This document shows, one piece after another, positions 1 through 10,640 of a DNA stretch of 64,000 nt. Made by a program: the position numbers and the translations under genes. The DNA is taken from positions 13,478 through 77,477 of the forward strand of contig JAEZCT010000067.1 of the NCBI GenBank assembly GCA_023433405.1. The letters are read 5' to 3'. Positions within the stretch are counted from its first letter, which is position 1. Each line of letters opens with the position of its first letter. This DNA comes from Bacillota bacterium. Its GTDB lineage: Bacteria; Bacillota; Clostridia; Oscillospirales; Ruminococcaceae. Under the pieces are notes generated by a model, which made no database searches, was not told the origin of the DNA, and saw only the letters and a program-made list of their open reading frames with translations.

Positions 1-521
1 GCATCTCGCTGGATTCGGTGGCCATTAACATCTCGCCCGTGCAGCTTGCGCAGGAGAATTTTGTGGACAGCATGTGGAATGTCATATCCCGCTATGAGCT
101 GCCCCCGACGATACTGGAATTTGAGATTACCGAGAATGTGGTAATCCGGTCCTTTGAGACCATTACAAAAACCATGGCGGAGCTCCAGCGCTACGGCATC
201 CGTTTTGTGCTTGATGATTTCGGTTCGGGCTACTCGGGCTTAAACTATCTTCTCATGCTCCCCATAAGCAGCCTGAAAATCGATAAATCCTATATTAACC
301 AGCTTGAGGACAGCGCGAAAAGCCGCAAAATGCTCTCGAAGATTATTGAGCTTGTGCAGGACTTTAACATGCAGGTGGTTGCCGAAGGGGTGGAGACCTC
401 GTTTCAGGACAGCATACTCAAGGAGTATAACTGCGATTATATCCAAGGCTACCTTTACAGCCGCCCGCTGCCCCTTGGCGACTTTGAGGCCCTGGTCGGA
501 CCGGGAGCATTATTCCAATAA
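1..521 (+). CDS. EAL-domain c-di-GMP phosphodiesterase, C-terminal part (5' end outside window)
   Basis: The reading frame runs to the window edge. EAL-family motifs EFEITEN, DDFGSGYSGL, KIDKSYI, VAEGVET and QGYLYSRP are present. Confidence 0.8.
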   Translation, partial: ISLDSVAINISPVQLAQENFVDSMWNVISRYELPPTILEFEITENVVIRSFETITKTMAELQRYGIRFVLDDFGSGYSGLNYLLMLPISSLKIDKSYINQLEDSAKSRKMLSKIIELVQDFNMQVVAEGVETSFQDSILKEYNCDYIQGYLYSRPLPLGDFEALVGPGALFQ

Positions 522-566
522 GCCAAGAAAACACAATTTTAAATTATTAGAAAAGGAGGGGCGATT

Positions 567-3410
567 GTGAGACTGACAGGCAGGTTTATTATATTGCTAC
601 TGGTTACGCTTGTGTTGCCCCTTATTTTTCTGGCTGTATTTTTAAATATTGAGTTTCGCCGTTCAGTACAAAAAGAGAACTCCGCCTTACTTTCCACGCT
701 GGTTAACAGCGTGGGCGTGGATGCAGAAAAGTATTATACCGAAACACGGCATTCGGTGGAGCTGATGAGCCTTGAGCCGGAATTTGCTCAGTTATTGGAA
801 CTTGTCGCAAGTGCGCAAACGGATATGCAAACCATTCGGCTTAACGCCTCAACCCAAATGGAAAAACAGGCGGCAAAGATTACGGAACTTAAGAATTTGC
901 TTTTAATTGACCATAACGGTCGGGTCGTGCTGTCGCTAAAGGGAGAACGCGTAGGGGAAAGCTATACAAGCAATACCCAATTACAGCAAATGGCGGATAA
1001 GGAAGCCTATTCGTCAAAGATTTTGTACAGCGAAAGCCACGGCGCCTATTTCTTTCACAGCGCGGCCATAGGCACTAAAAACGGGCAGCTACTGGGTTTT
1101 TTGGTAGCGGAGCTTGACATAGCCTATTTTGCGACCGCGGCACGGAATATCACCGTGGGGGAAGAGGGCTATATCTATTTTGTCGACGCGGGCGGCATAG
1201 TTTTTGCCCATCGTTACCCTGAGCGGCAAACTACGGTATTGGCGTTTAGCCACGACGGCGGCTTTTACGAGCAGTACGAACAGATTATACAGCCTGGGGC
1301 TCCGGCAAAGGGTGAAATCATTTACAATTACACCAACAGCTCCCGCCTTTACGGGGCATACAGCAGGCTGGACTTTATTGACGGCTACCTGTTTGCCGTG
1401 CGCAGCGAGGAGGAGATGAACCGCGCATTTGGCAAGATGACGCTGCTTTTAAACCTCGGCCTGCTGGGGCTGGGTGTTTTAGGGGTGGCGGGCATGGCCT
1501 TTTCCATTACCAGCATTAAGCGCCCGGTGTATCAACTGCTGCGCTCCATTGGCAGTATTCTTAAAGAGAACGGGTACATTCGCTGTGAATATGAGGCGGG
1601 TAACGAGCTGGGGTGGATGGCAGGCGAGGTAAACCGGCTGAACTTTGATGTATCAACCCATATTGCCGACTTAAAGGAAAACGAGCAGCGCTACCGCACC
1701 GCACTGGAGGCGGTGAGCGATATTGTGTGGGAATATGACGTCGAAACCCAGAAATACACCTTTATGGCCAAGGATAAGGGAATGCTGGGCGCCCGGCGTA
1801 TTGAAAACGTGGAGATTGTAAACTGTCCGTGGGCCTACGCCGCCGACCCCGAAACCGAGGCTAGGCGCGACTCGGAGTTTAAGCGCTTTATTAGGGGCGA
1901 TGTGCGCACCTACCGCCACGAGTACGAGACCCGTGACATTCGCGGAAACCCCACATGGGCGGAGAGCATTGCCACCGCGCTCAAAAACAAGGATGACAAG
2001 ATTGTACGGGTAATTGGCTCGATTAGCGATATTACGCAAAAGAAGCTGTATGATATGCGGGTGCTGCATTCGGCGGAGTTTGATAAGCTTACCAGCGTAT
2101 ACAACCGCGCCACCATTGAACGCAGGGTGAAGGAATCGCTGCCCCTCAGCCCGCGCTCGGCGCTGATTATGATTGACCTTGATAATTTTAAGGTGATAAA
2201 CGATACCTTCGGCCACCAATTCGGCGACCAGATTTTGCAGTTTGTTTCCGCAAGCATTCTTAAAACCGTTTCTCCTCAGGACCTTGTGGGGCGCATAGGC
2301 GGCGATGAATTTATAGTTTACATACGCGAGTACCTCAATGAGGAAACCCTTGAGAACATTTCGGCGGGCATTGTGGCAGCACTGCAAAGCGGCTATGAAA
2401 AGGAGGGCGTAACCTACCGCCTCTCGGGCAGCGTGGGGGTCGCCGAGGCCTTTGCCTTTGGTGCGGAAAGCTATAAATCCCTGCTCTCCAACGCCGATTT
2501 TGCCATGTACAGCGCAAAACGCAAGGGCAAAAATAAATTTATGCTGTTTAACGAGGAGCTGTACCGCGAAAAGGTAAAGATTGATGTGGTGGCATGCCAT
2601 ATTAAAAACATGGCGGGCAGCGACATCCTTACCCTCAGACTTATGCCCATCTATTGCACCTGCAACGACCGCGTGGTACGTTTTTACGCGGATGTAGATA
2701 TAAAAATACCCGAATACCCGGAGGTTAAGCGCGACGAGGTCTATCGCATTGCCATGGAAAGCAACCAGCAGGCAGCCCTGTTGGAGCATACCTTCCGCTG
2801 GGTGTGCCGTGCTATCCGTGAGCTTGACCCGCACAATGCCTACCACACAGCCGTAACCTACCGCATACCCGCAATTTCTATCGTCAATGAAACCATGCTT
2901 TCAGTATTAACCCGCGTGGTGGAGGAGGAGGGAGTAGATACCAAAAACCTTGCGTTATCGCTGGAGCCAAAGACCGTCAGCGCGTTTGACCGCTCCGCCC
3001 ACAACTTTATCAACTCCCTGCGTCAAATCTGCTCGGATATTGAGCTAAGCAGCTACGGCGGTATGTACACCAGCTACAATATCGTCAGCGATTTTAACTT
3101 TGACAGCGTCCTGTTTTCCGAGGAGATGGTTGTCAAGGCACTGCACAGCCGCAAGCATATGGCAATACTCGATTCTATTATGGACATCGCCCGCCAGACC
3201 TCCACGGCCTGTACGCTGCTGCTAACCGCCGCACACCGGGAGTTTTTTAGGGATAAGCTCAGCAGCGGGTGCTATCAGTACTGCACGGGTACCCGGGTGA
3301 CGACCGAGAACGCGCTCGCAATGCTGCAAAGCAGAACCCCGCTGGTAAATAAGTTTGAGTGCCAAAACTATAAAACAAGGCTGCTCGAGAACACCATCCT
3401 AGGGCTATAG
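567..3410 (+). CDS. Membrane sensor diguanylate cyclase (N-terminal TM, Cache-like periplasmic domain, PAS, GGDEF, degenerate EAL-like C-terminus)
   Basis: GTG start lies 7 nt after AGGAGG. The N-terminus is hydrophobic. The GGDEF motif is intact (RIGGDEFIVYI). The C-terminal EAL-like region lacks the EAL signature. Confidence 0.85.
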   Translation: MRLTGRFIILLLVTLVLPLIFLAVFLNIEFRRSVQKENSALLSTLVNSVGVDAEKYYTETRHSVELMSLEPEFAQLLELVASAQTDMQTIRLNASTQMEKQAAKITELKNLLLIDHNGRVVLSLKGERVGESYTSNTQLQQMADKEAYSSKILYSESHGAYFFHSAAIGTKNGQLLGFLVAELDIAYFATAARNITVGEEGYIYFVDAGGIVFAHRYPERQTTVLAFSHDGGFYEQYEQIIQPGAPAKGEIIYNYTNSSRLYGAYSRLDFIDGYLFAVRSEEEMNRAFGKMTLLLNLGLLGLGVLGVAGMAFSITSIKRPVYQLLRSIGSILKENGYIRCEYEAGNELGWMAGEVNRLNFDVSTHIADLKENEQRYRTALEAVSDIVWEYDVETQKYTFMAKDKGMLGARRIENVEIVNCPWAYAADPETEARRDSEFKRFIRGDVRTYRHEYETRDIRGNPTWAESIATALKNKDDKIVRVIGSISDITQKKLYDMRVLHSAEFDKLTSVYNRATIERRVKESLPLSPRSALIMIDLDNFKVINDTFGHQFGDQILQFVSASILKTVSPQDLVGRIGGDEFIVYIREYLNEETLENISAGIVAALQSGYEKEGVTYRLSGSVGVAEAFAFGAESYKSLLSNADFAMYSAKRKGKNKFMLFNEELYREKVKIDVVACHIKNMAGSDILTLRLMPIYCTCNDRVVRFYADVDIKIPEYPEVKRDEVYRIAMESNQQAALLEHTFRWVCRAIRELDPHNAYHTAVTYRIPAISIVNETMLSVLTRVVEEEGVDTKNLALSLEPKTVSAFDRSAHNFINSLRQICSDIELSSYGGMYTSYNIVSDFNFDSVLFSEEMVVKALHSRKHMAILDSIMDIARQTSTACTLLLTAAHREFFRDKLSSGCYQYCTGTRVTTENALAMLQSRTPLVNKFECQNYKTRLLENTILGL

Positions 3411-3450
3411 CAAACGATTATTACACAGTGAATTAAGGAGGATGAACATC

Positions 3451-3918
3451 ATGGCAATCGGATACGACTTAATGCAGGATGAAACGCAGGAAGACACAAT
3501 GCAGGGCAAATACCTTACCTTTACCCTTGGCAAGGGGAACTACGCTGTGCCCATACGGTATGTGATAGAGATTAACCGGGTGCTCGATATTACCTTTGTG
3601 CCGGATTTTCCGTGGTATCTTGAGGGTGTGACCAATCTGCGCGGCAGAATAATACCCATTATGAACCTGCGCAAGCGGCTGGGACTGCCGGTGATTGAAT
3701 TTACCGACACCACCTGCTTTATGATTATCTCGGTCAACGATTCCCCCTATGGGCTTATTGTAGACAGCATATCAGAGGTGGTAAGCATTGAGGATGAGGA
3801 CATCAGCGAGCCGCCTATCGTAGAGGACAGCGCGGTGAGCGACTTTATTTTGGGCATTGCCCGCGTCAATGACCAGATTAAGCTCATTGTGGATTGCGAG
3901 ACGATTTTGGCGGAGTAA
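3451..3918 (+). CDS. cheW: CheW-like chemotaxis coupling protein
   Basis: CheW-type sequence (YLTFTLGKGNYAVPIRYVIEI...NLRG.IIPIMNLRKRLG). I chose the second ATG because AGGAGG abuts the first. Confidence 0.85.
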   Translation: MAIGYDLMQDETQEDTMQGKYLTFTLGKGNYAVPIRYVIEINRVLDITFVPDFPWYLEGVTNLRGRIIPIMNLRKRLGLPVIEFTDTTCFMIISVNDSPYGLIVDSISEVVSIEDEDISEPPIVEDSAVSDFILGIARVNDQIKLIVDCETILAE

Positions 3919-3937
3919 TTTCCGCTGCGTATACAAA

Positions 3938-3974
3938 ACACAAGCCGGCCCGCGTTATGCGGGCCGGCTTGTGT
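3938..3974. terminator. Bidirectional intrinsic terminator between cheW and leuB
   Basis: A 16-bp GC-rich stem ACACAAGCCGGCCCGC/GCGGGCCGGCTTGTGT with a 5-nt loop. A T-run follows on the minus strand. Confidence 0.7.
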
Positions 3975-4032
3975 GGTATTGGTGTATGATTACTGCCGGC
4001 TCCACAATGAAACCGGCAAAGAGGTAAGCAGG

Positions 4033-5103
4033 TTACAGCGCCGCGAGAATGCGGTCGGTCATGGCGTCGCAGGTGAGCGTCGCTTCGCCCTCCCGGGCGA
4101 TGTCGCCGGTGCGCGCGCCGCTTTTTAGCACCTTATCCACCGCGCTTTCAATTGCCGCCGCCTCAGACTCAAGACCGAAGGAGAGGCGCAGCATGAGCGC
4201 GCAGGAAAGGATTGTGGCAATGGGGTTTGCGACGCCCTTGCCCGCGATGTCGGGGGCGGAGCCGTGAATGGGCTCGTACAGCCCACGGGTGCCGTCGCCT
4301 AAGGACGCGGAGGATAACAAACCGATAGAGCCGGTGAGCATGGAGGCCTCGTCGGACAAAATATCGCCGAACATGTTGCTGGTTACCACCACATCAAACT
4401 GCGAGGGGTTTCGCACCAGCTGCATGGCGCAGTTATCCACCAGCATGTCGGTGCAGGTGATGTCGGGATAATTCGCGGCAACCTGATGAACAACCTCGCG
4501 CCACAGGCGGGAGCTTTCCAGCACGTTAGCCTTATCCACGCTCAATACCTTTTTACCCCGTACCCTGGCAAGCTCAAAGGCGTTTTTGGCAATGCGCGTA
4601 ATCTCCATTGTGTTGTAAGCCTCGGTGTCGTAGGCCTCCTCTCCGCCCTCGGAGTCTCTTCTGCCCCGGTCGCCGAAGTAAATGCCGCCGGTCAGCTCCC
4701 GCACGATAATCATATCAATGCCCTTTTTTGCAATATCCTCTCGCAGGGGGCAGGCCGAGGCAAGGCTCTCAAACAAACGGGCGGGGCGCAGGTTAGCGTA
4801 TAAACCCAGTGCCTTGCGTATGCCCAAAAGCGCCGCCTCCGGGCGCAGGTGCCCGGGCAGGGTGTCCCACTTGGGGCCGCCCACAGCGCCAAGCAGCACG
4901 CTGTCGCTTGCAAGGCAGGTATCCACCGTTTCCTTGGGCAGGGGGTGGCCGGTTGCTTCATAGGCGCAGCCGCCCATTAAAACCTTGGTATAGGTAAAGG
5001 TGTGGCCGAATTTCTCCGAAATCCGGTCCATTACGCGCAGGGACGCGCTTACAATCTCGGGTCCGATGCCGTCGCCCTCTATCACCGCGATGCGGTAGTC
5101 CAT
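4033..5103 (-). CDS. leuB: 3-isopropylmalate dehydrogenase
   Basis: Typical LeuB N-terminus MDYRIAVIEGDGIGPEI, the NLRP/REL.GGIYFG motifs, and the operon context. Confidence 0.95.
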   Translation of the reverse strand: MDYRIAVIEGDGIGPEIVSASLRVMDRISEKFGHTFTYTKVLMGGCAYEATGHPLPKETVDTCLASDSVLLGAVGGPKWDTLPGHLRPEAALLGIRKALGLYANLRPARLFESLASACPLREDIAKKGIDMIIVRELTGGIYFGDRGRRDSEGGEEAYDTEAYNTMEITRIAKNAFELARVRGKKVLSVDKANVLESSRLWREVVHQVAANYPDITCTDMLVDNCAMQLVRNPSQFDVVVTSNMFGDILSDEASMLTGSIGLLSSASLGDGTRGLYEPIHGSAPDIAGKGVANPIATILSCALMLRLSFGLESEAAAIESAVDKVLKSGARTGDIAREGEATLTCDAMTDRILAAL

Positions 5104-5142
5104 AGTATCAGTTCCTTTCCTTTGCTGGCGTTATGCCGTGTT

Positions 5143-5616
5143 CTATTTCGCGAGTGATTTTAACAGTCCGCCCGCCGCCACAATGTTCTGAAGGAACTCG
5201 GGAAAGGGTGCAAAGACGGTGGTAATGCCCTTGGTGTGATTGGTAAGCTCCCCTTTGGCAAAATCGATGCTCACCTTGTCACCCTCGTTAATCTCCGCGT
5301 CGCACTCAATAATAGGCAGCCCGATGTTGATGGCGTTGCGGTAAAAGATGCGCGCGAAGCTTTTCGCCACCACGCAGGCTATGCCGCTGGTTTTAATGGC
5401 AAGGGGCGCGTGCTCACGCGAGGAGCCGCAGCCAAAGTTAGCCCCGGCCGCGATGATGTCGCCCTCCTTCACACGGTCAACAAAGGTTTTATCAATATCC
5501 TCCATACAGTGCGCGGCAAGGGCCTTGGGGTCGGCGGTGTTGAGGTAGCGGGCGGGGATGATGACATCGGTATCGACGTTATCACCATATTTAATCACGG
5601 TAGCGTTTGAAATCAT
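5143..5616 (-). CDS. leuD: 3-isopropylmalate dehydratase small subunit
   Basis: Aconitase swivel-domain sequence ([28 protein letters not shown]). The start is trimmed to the internal ATG (MISNATV). Confidence 0.92.
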   Translation of the reverse strand: MISNATVIKYGDNVDTDVIIPARYLNTADPKALAAHCMEDIDKTFVDRVKEGDIIAAGANFGCGSSREHAPLAIKTSGIACVVAKSFARIFYRNAINIGLPIIECDAEINEGDKVSIDFAKGELTNHTKGITTVFAPFPEFLQNIVAAGGLLKSLAK

Positions 5617-5712
5617 GGTAATACCCCTTTCGGTTTTATTGGGACTCTGGAGAACCTGTTCTCGTTTTAGCATACCTGAAGAATACGCACTGGCTTTCAC
5701 CAAATGCGGCGG

Positions 5713-6972
5713 TTACAGCGCGGCGGGGTCAAAGATCTTGCCCGCAAGGGCGGAGGCCGCCGCCACGGCGGGGCTTGCCAGATACACCTCGCTGTCGGGG
5801 TGACCCATGCGCCCCACAAAGTTACGGTTGGTGGTGGCGACGCAGCGCTCACCCGGAGCAAGTATGCCCATATGTCCCCCAAGGCAGGGGCCGCAGGTGG
5901 GGGTGCTGACAATACAGCCGGACTCAATAAAGGTTTTAAGCAGACCCTCCTCCATCGCCTCCAAATAAATACGCTGAGTGGCGGGAATTACGATGGTGCG
6001 CACGTTTTTCGCCACCTTTTTTCCCTTGAGGATTGCTGCGGCCTCCTGCAAATCGGATAACCTTCCATTGGTGCAGGAGCCGATTACCACCTGGTCGATT
6101 ACCACCTCGCCGGTGTTGTCGATGGTTCTGGTGTTGCTGGGCAGGTGGGGGAATGCGACGGTGGAGCGCAGGGCGGAAAGGTCGATGTCGTACACCGCGT
6201 CATAGGGCGCGTCGTCGTCCGCCGTGTAAACAACCGGCTTGCGGTCGCTGTGTTCTGCAATATAGGCGAGAGTCTTTTCATCTACGGGGAAGATGCCGTT
6301 CTTGCCGCCCGCCTCAATTGCCATATTGGCGACGCAAAGGCGGTCATCCATGGTCAGGTTTGCGACACCCTCGCCGGCAAATTCCATGGATTTATATAAG
6401 GCGCCGTCCACGCCAATCATGCCGATGATATGCAAAATAAGATCCTTGCCCGAAACATGCCTTTGGAACTTGCCGCGGAGGTTGAATTTGATGGCGCTTG
6501 GCACCTTAAACCATGCCTTGCCATACGCCATACCCGCCGCCATATCGGTAGAGCCTACGCCGGTGGAGAATGCGCCCAGCGCGCCGTAGGTGCAGGTATG
6601 GCTGTCGGCGCCAATGATGACGTCACCTGCCACCACCAGGCCTTTTTCGGGCAGCAGCGCGTGCTCCACACCCATCTCACCTACGTCAAAAAAGTTCTCA
6701 ATACCCTGCTTGCCGGCAAAGAGGCGAATTTGCTTTGATTGCTCGGCCGCCTTGATGTCCTTGTTGGGGGTAAAATGGTCCAGCACCAGCGCAATGCGTT
6801 TTTTATCAAACACATCGCCGCAGCCTGCCTTTTCGTACTCGTTAATTGCAACGGGGGAGGTGATGTCGTTACCCAGCACAAGGTCAAGGTTTGCCATAAT
6901 CATCTCACCCGCCAAAACCTCCTGCTTTCCGCAATGGTTTGCAAGGATTTTCTGCGTCATCGTCATTGCCAT
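5713..6972 (-). CDS. leuC: 3-isopropylmalate dehydratase large subunit
   Basis: Aconitase-family motifs ([28 protein letters not shown]). It lies directly upstream of leuD. Confidence 0.95.
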   Translation of the reverse strand: MAMTMTQKILANHCGKQEVLAGEMIMANLDLVLGNDITSPVAINEYEKAGCGDVFDKKRIALVLDHFTPNKDIKAAEQSKQIRLFAGKQGIENFFDVGEMGVEHALLPEKGLVVAGDVIIGADSHTCTYGALGAFSTGVGSTDMAAGMAYGKAWFKVPSAIKFNLRGKFQRHVSGKDLILHIIGMIGVDGALYKSMEFAGEGVANLTMDDRLCVANMAIEAGGKNGIFPVDEKTLAYIAEHSDRKPVVYTADDDAPYDAVYDIDLSALRSTVAFPHLPSNTRTIDNTGEVVIDQVVIGSCTNGRLSDLQEAAAILKGKKVAKNVRTIVIPATQRIYLEAMEEGLLKTFIESGCIVSTPTCGPCLGGHMGILAPGERCVATTNRNFVGRMGHPDSEVYLASPAVAAASALAGKIFDPAAL

Positions 6973-7138
6973 TATCCTTTTCCAGCCTTTCCAATTAGAT
7001 ATTTAGAGGTCAGAGGGCAGAGGACAGACTTAGGCGGCTTATCACAGGATTCTGCTTTTTGGGGATATGCCTTGGGATGGGGGACGCTTCCTTTCCGGTC
7101 ACCAGCCGCTGCCCATAAGCCTGCGCCCTCTTGCGGGG

Positions 7139-8698
7139 CTATTTCATTAGCGCGAATTCAATGGAATCAACCAGAGCCTCCCAGCTGGCGGCGATGATGT
7201 CGGTGGAAACGCCCACCGTCGTCCATTTGCGGGGGCCGTCGGTGCTTTCTATCAGTACGCGTACCTTCGCCCCGGTGGCATGCTCGGCCTGCAATACGCG
7301 CACCTTGTAGTCAATAAGGTGTACCTTGCTAAGCTCGGGGTAAAACACCGTAAGCGCCTTGCGCAGGGCAAGGTCGAGGGCGTGTACCGGGCCGTTGCCT
7401 ACGGCGGCGGTGGTTTCGTGCTTGCCGCCCACCTGTATTTTAAGCATGGCGCTCGCGTTGGTTTCGCCGTCGGGGGAGGGGAACTCGCCGCTGGTTTTAT
7501 ACATATCCAGCGTAAAGTGGGGGGTAAACCGCCCCATTGCCCGCTTGCACAAAAGCTCGAAGCTTGCGTCCGCCGCCTCAAACTGGTAGCCCTCATGCTC
7601 CTTCTCCTTTAGCAGGTTAAGGAGGCTTGCGGTCGCCTCTGTGTCCTTAGAAAGCTCGGGCAGTACCCCTGCAAGCTTTGCAAGCAGCGCGTTCTTGCCC
7701 GCCACCTCGGATAAAAGAAACCGGCGGGTGTTGCCCACCTCGGCGGGGGGAACATGCTCAAAGGAGCGGGAAAGCTTGTTAACGCCGTCTATGTGCATAC
7801 CGCCCTTGTGGGCAAAGGCGCTGCTGCCCACATAGGGCAGGCTGCCGCGCAGGTTGATGTTGGCAATTTCGGCAAGCTTCATCGCCGTGGCGGTCAGCTC
7901 CTTTAAGTCTCCCAGGATGCAGGGCTTTTTAAGCTTCAGGGCAAGGGTGGGGATGAGGGCGCTCAGGTTTGCGTTGCCGCACCGCTCGCCAATGCCGGTA
8001 AAGGTGCCTTGGATATGCACCGCCCCAGCCTCCACCGCAAGCAGCGAGTTTGCCACCGCGCAGCCAATGTCGTTGTGGCAGTGTATGCCTACCCGCGCGG
8101 TGGGAAAGCTGTCGCACACTGTTTTTGCAATGGTGCCAATCTCAACGGGGGTGCTTCCACCGTTGGTGTCACATAAGCACAGCACGTCGGCCCCCGCCCC
8201 GAAGGCGGCGCGCAGCACGCTTAGGGCGTAATCGGGGTTTGCCTTGTAGCCGTCAAAGAAATGCTCGGCGTCAAAGATAACCTCTTTACCGTTTTTCTTC
8301 ATGTAGCCAACCGTATCGGCGACTAGGGAAAGGTTTTCCTCCAGCGTTACGCGCAAAACCTCAGTGGCGTGCAGATCCCAGGACTTGCCGAAGATGGAGA
8401 CGGCGGGGGTACCCGCACTGAGGAGGGAGCGCACGTTTTCGTCGTCCTCCACCGCCACGTTCTTGCGGCGGGTGCTGCCAAATGCACAGAGCTTTGCGTT
8501 TTTAAGTGTAAGCTCCCGTGCCTTATCAAAAAACTCCGAGTCCTTGGGGTTTGAGACGGGGTTGCCCGCCTCGATATATGCCACGCCAAAGGAATCGAGA
8601 ATCCTGACAACGGCAAGCTTATCGGATACTGAGAAGGAGATGCCCTCGCTCTGTGCGCCGTCGCGTAGGGTTGTGTCGAGTATTTCCAGTGTTTTCAT
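7139..8698 (-). CDS. cimA: Citramalate synthase-type member of the isopropylmalate synthase family
   Basis: DTTLRDGAQSEGISFS...YIEAGNPVSNPKDSEFF is the CimA-type N-terminus, distinct from the adjacent LeuA. The start is trimmed to MKTLEIL. Confidence 0.8.
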   Translation of the reverse strand: MKTLEILDTTLRDGAQSEGISFSVSDKLAVVRILDSFGVAYIEAGNPVSNPKDSEFFDKARELTLKNAKLCAFGSTRRKNVAVEDDENVRSLLSAGTPAVSIFGKSWDLHATEVLRVTLEENLSLVADTVGYMKKNGKEVIFDAEHFFDGYKANPDYALSVLRAAFGAGADVLCLCDTNGGSTPVEIGTIAKTVCDSFPTARVGIHCHNDIGCAVANSLLAVEAGAVHIQGTFTGIGERCGNANLSALIPTLALKLKKPCILGDLKELTATAMKLAEIANINLRGSLPYVGSSAFAHKGGMHIDGVNKLSRSFEHVPPAEVGNTRRFLLSEVAGKNALLAKLAGVLPELSKDTEATASLLNLLKEKEHEGYQFEAADASFELLCKRAMGRFTPHFTLDMYKTSGEFPSPDGETNASAMLKIQVGGKHETTAAVGNGPVHALDLALRKALTVFYPELSKVHLIDYKVRVLQAEHATGAKVRVLIESTDGPRKWTTVGVSTDIIAASWEALVDSIEFALMK

Positions 8699-8837
8699 GG
8701 TTATTGACCATGCCTTTCCGGCGTCTATGCCGAAAAGGCACAAACACCATTAAATCTGCACCAGCAATTGGTAAGAGGGCGCTGATAAAGCTGTGAAAGC
8801 GCAAATATGAATAATAATATCACTTTCATCCATGGCG

Positions 8838-10349
8838 TTACTGTGCGTGAAGCAGCCTGTTAATTCCGCCCAAATAGGCAAGCAGGCTGGCTTCAATAAT
8901 GTCGGTGGAAAGTCCTCTGCCGGTGTAGATCTTGTCTCCCGAGCGCAGCTTGACGAGCACCTCGCCCAGCGCGTCGCGTCCCTCGCCCACGGAATGGATG
9001 GAGTAATCCTCCAGCGAATGCTCCGGCGCGCCGGTGAGCTTTGTTATGGCGTTAAACGCCGCGTCTATCGGGCCGTCGCCAATGGCGACCTCCTCCCTTT
9101 CCTCCCCGTTTTTGGAAAGGCGCACAAGGCTCGTGGCGGTGGCAAAGTTGCTTGCGTGTACGTCAAAGCGGCTTAACGTATATTCACCCGTCGCTGTGGC
9201 GGTTTTACTTGAGACCAGCGCCTCCAAATCCAGGCGGGTGACCTCCTTTTTCTTGTCGCAAAGCTCCTTAAACTGCATAAAATAGGCGTCTATCTGCTCG
9301 TTTGTGAGGTCATGCCCCCACTCGGCAAGCTGCTCGGCAAAGGCATGGCGGCCGCTGTGCTTACCGAGCACCATCTGGTTCTTTTTCAGCCCGATGGATT
9401 CGGGCGTCATAATCTCATAGGTGGTGCGCTCGGCGGATACCCCATGCTGGTGAATGCCCGACTCATGAGAAAAGGCGTTTTTGCCTACAATAGCCTTATT
9501 AAGCGGCACAATCGTACCAATGGTGTTGTACACCAAACGGCTGGCCTTAGAAATGCGGGTAGTGTCAATGTCGGTATGCACCCCAAGGGTTTGGCTGCGG
9601 GTGTGAATGGCCATGACAATCTCCTCCAGCGCCGCGTTGCCCGCGCGCTCGCCAAGACCATTAATGGTGCATTCCACCTGTGTGGCGCCCGCCCGCACAC
9701 CTGCCAGGCTGTTGGCCACCGCCATGCCAAGGTCGTTGTGGCAGTGCATGGAGATGCGCGCGCGGTCGATATTCTCCACATGCTCGGTGAGGTATTTAAT
9801 CAGTGCGGCCATTTCCTCGGGAGTGGTGTAGCCCACCGTATCGGGGATATTGACCACTGTAGCGCCCGCCGCAATGACCTTGGTTAAAATGGTGACAAGG
9901 AACTCCGGCTCGCTGCGCGTGGCGTCCTCGCAGGAAAACTCAATGCTATTGCAGTACTTCTTGGCGTAGCGCACCATTGCCTCGGCCTGCTCGAGCACCT
10001 TATCGGGGGCCATGCGCAGCTTATACTGCATGTGAATGGGCGAGGTGGCGATAAAGGTGTGAATAACCGGCTCCGCCGCATGCTTTACCGCCTCGTAGGA
10101 CGCGTCAATATCCTTCTCCAGCGCGCGGGAGAGGGAGGCGACTGCCGAGCCGCGAACCTCCTTTGCGACGGCCTGAATGGACTCGAAATCACCCTTGCTT
10201 GAAATGGCAAAGCCCGCCTCGATGACATCTACCCTCAGCCGCTCAAGCTCCCTTGCAATCGCAAGCTTTTCCTCCAGGTTCATACTGCATCCGGGCGATT
10301 GCTCGCCGTCGCGCAGGGTGGTGTCAAATATATAAATCTTTTTGTCCAT
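8838..10349 (-). CDS. leuA: 2-isopropylmalate synthase
   Basis: IFDTTLRDGEQSPG, HCHNDLGMAVANS and a C-terminal LeuA dimerisation region. The start ATG lies 6 nt after GGGGAGA. Confidence 0.93.
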   Translation of the reverse strand: MDKKIYIFDTTLRDGEQSPGCSMNLEEKLAIARELERLRVDVIEAGFAISSKGDFESIQAVAKEVRGSAVASLSRALEKDIDASYEAVKHAAEPVIHTFIATSPIHMQYKLRMAPDKVLEQAEAMVRYAKKYCNSIEFSCEDATRSEPEFLVTILTKVIAAGATVVNIPDTVGYTTPEEMAALIKYLTEHVENIDRARISMHCHNDLGMAVANSLAGVRAGATQVECTINGLGERAGNAALEEIVMAIHTRSQTLGVHTDIDTTRISKASRLVYNTIGTIVPLNKAIVGKNAFSHESGIHQHGVSAERTTYEIMTPESIGLKKNQMVLGKHSGRHAFAEQLAEWGHDLTNEQIDAYFMQFKELCDKKKEVTRLDLEALVSSKTATATGEYTLSRFDVHASNFATATSLVRLSKNGEEREEVAIGDGPIDAAFNAITKLTGAPEHSLEDYSIHSVGEGRDALGEVLVKLRSGDKIYTGRGLSTDIIEASLLAYLGGINRLLHAQ

Positions 10350-10536
10350 AATCATTCTCCCCAATCTTATTGAATAAACGCTCTTCTCGTTTAGGCCTTG
10401 CTTTAAAAAGTGCCGAACATTCCACAGCACTGCCTTCGCTTTACGGGTATAGGCTAAAGACCCGTTTTAAAAAAAGAGTAAGAATCATTAAAGTGTGTCA
10501 GCGACGCACTTTTTTCTTAATTGTATTCGGCTGATG

Positions 10537-10590
10537 CTATTATCCGATAAACACGCGGATTTTTTCTACTCTTTTTTAGAAGGTTAGGGT
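10537..10590 (+). repeat. Family A palindromic interspersed repeat, truncated copy A1 (ilvD-leuA spacer)
   Basis: ctattatccgata...cacgcggattttttctactcttttttagaaggttag matches the two ends of the full copies, with the centre deleted. Confidence 0.6.
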
Positions 10591-10640
10591 TGGCGTCAGT
10601 CGGGAATGCCCGTCATTCTTCACCGCGTCGGCAATAAGGC

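Noticed and set aside
1671-2846. Long antisense or out-of-frame ORFs inside well-supported genes. Examples are 1671-2846, 12528-13364, 20193-20921, 22280-22720, 33235-34071, 35140-35703, 44997-45647 and 52987-53493.
   Set aside because: They are typical shadow ORFs of GC-rich coding DNA. Their compositions are implausible (Arg/Gly/Pro/His-rich, or the GPV mirror of the collagen repeat), they lack RBSs, and each lies fully within a gene that has strong family motifs on the other strand or frame.
5617-10430. Longer N-terminal extensions given in the ORF track for leuD, cimA and leuA. The same applies elsewhere to ilvD, ilvC, the cysteine desulfurase, the chrA pair, nrdD and the substrate-binding protein.
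   Set aside because: Family-typical N-termini begin at internal ATGs that are preceded by purine-rich RBSs. The extensions have atypical composition and overlap upstream genes or spacers, so I used the trimmed starts.
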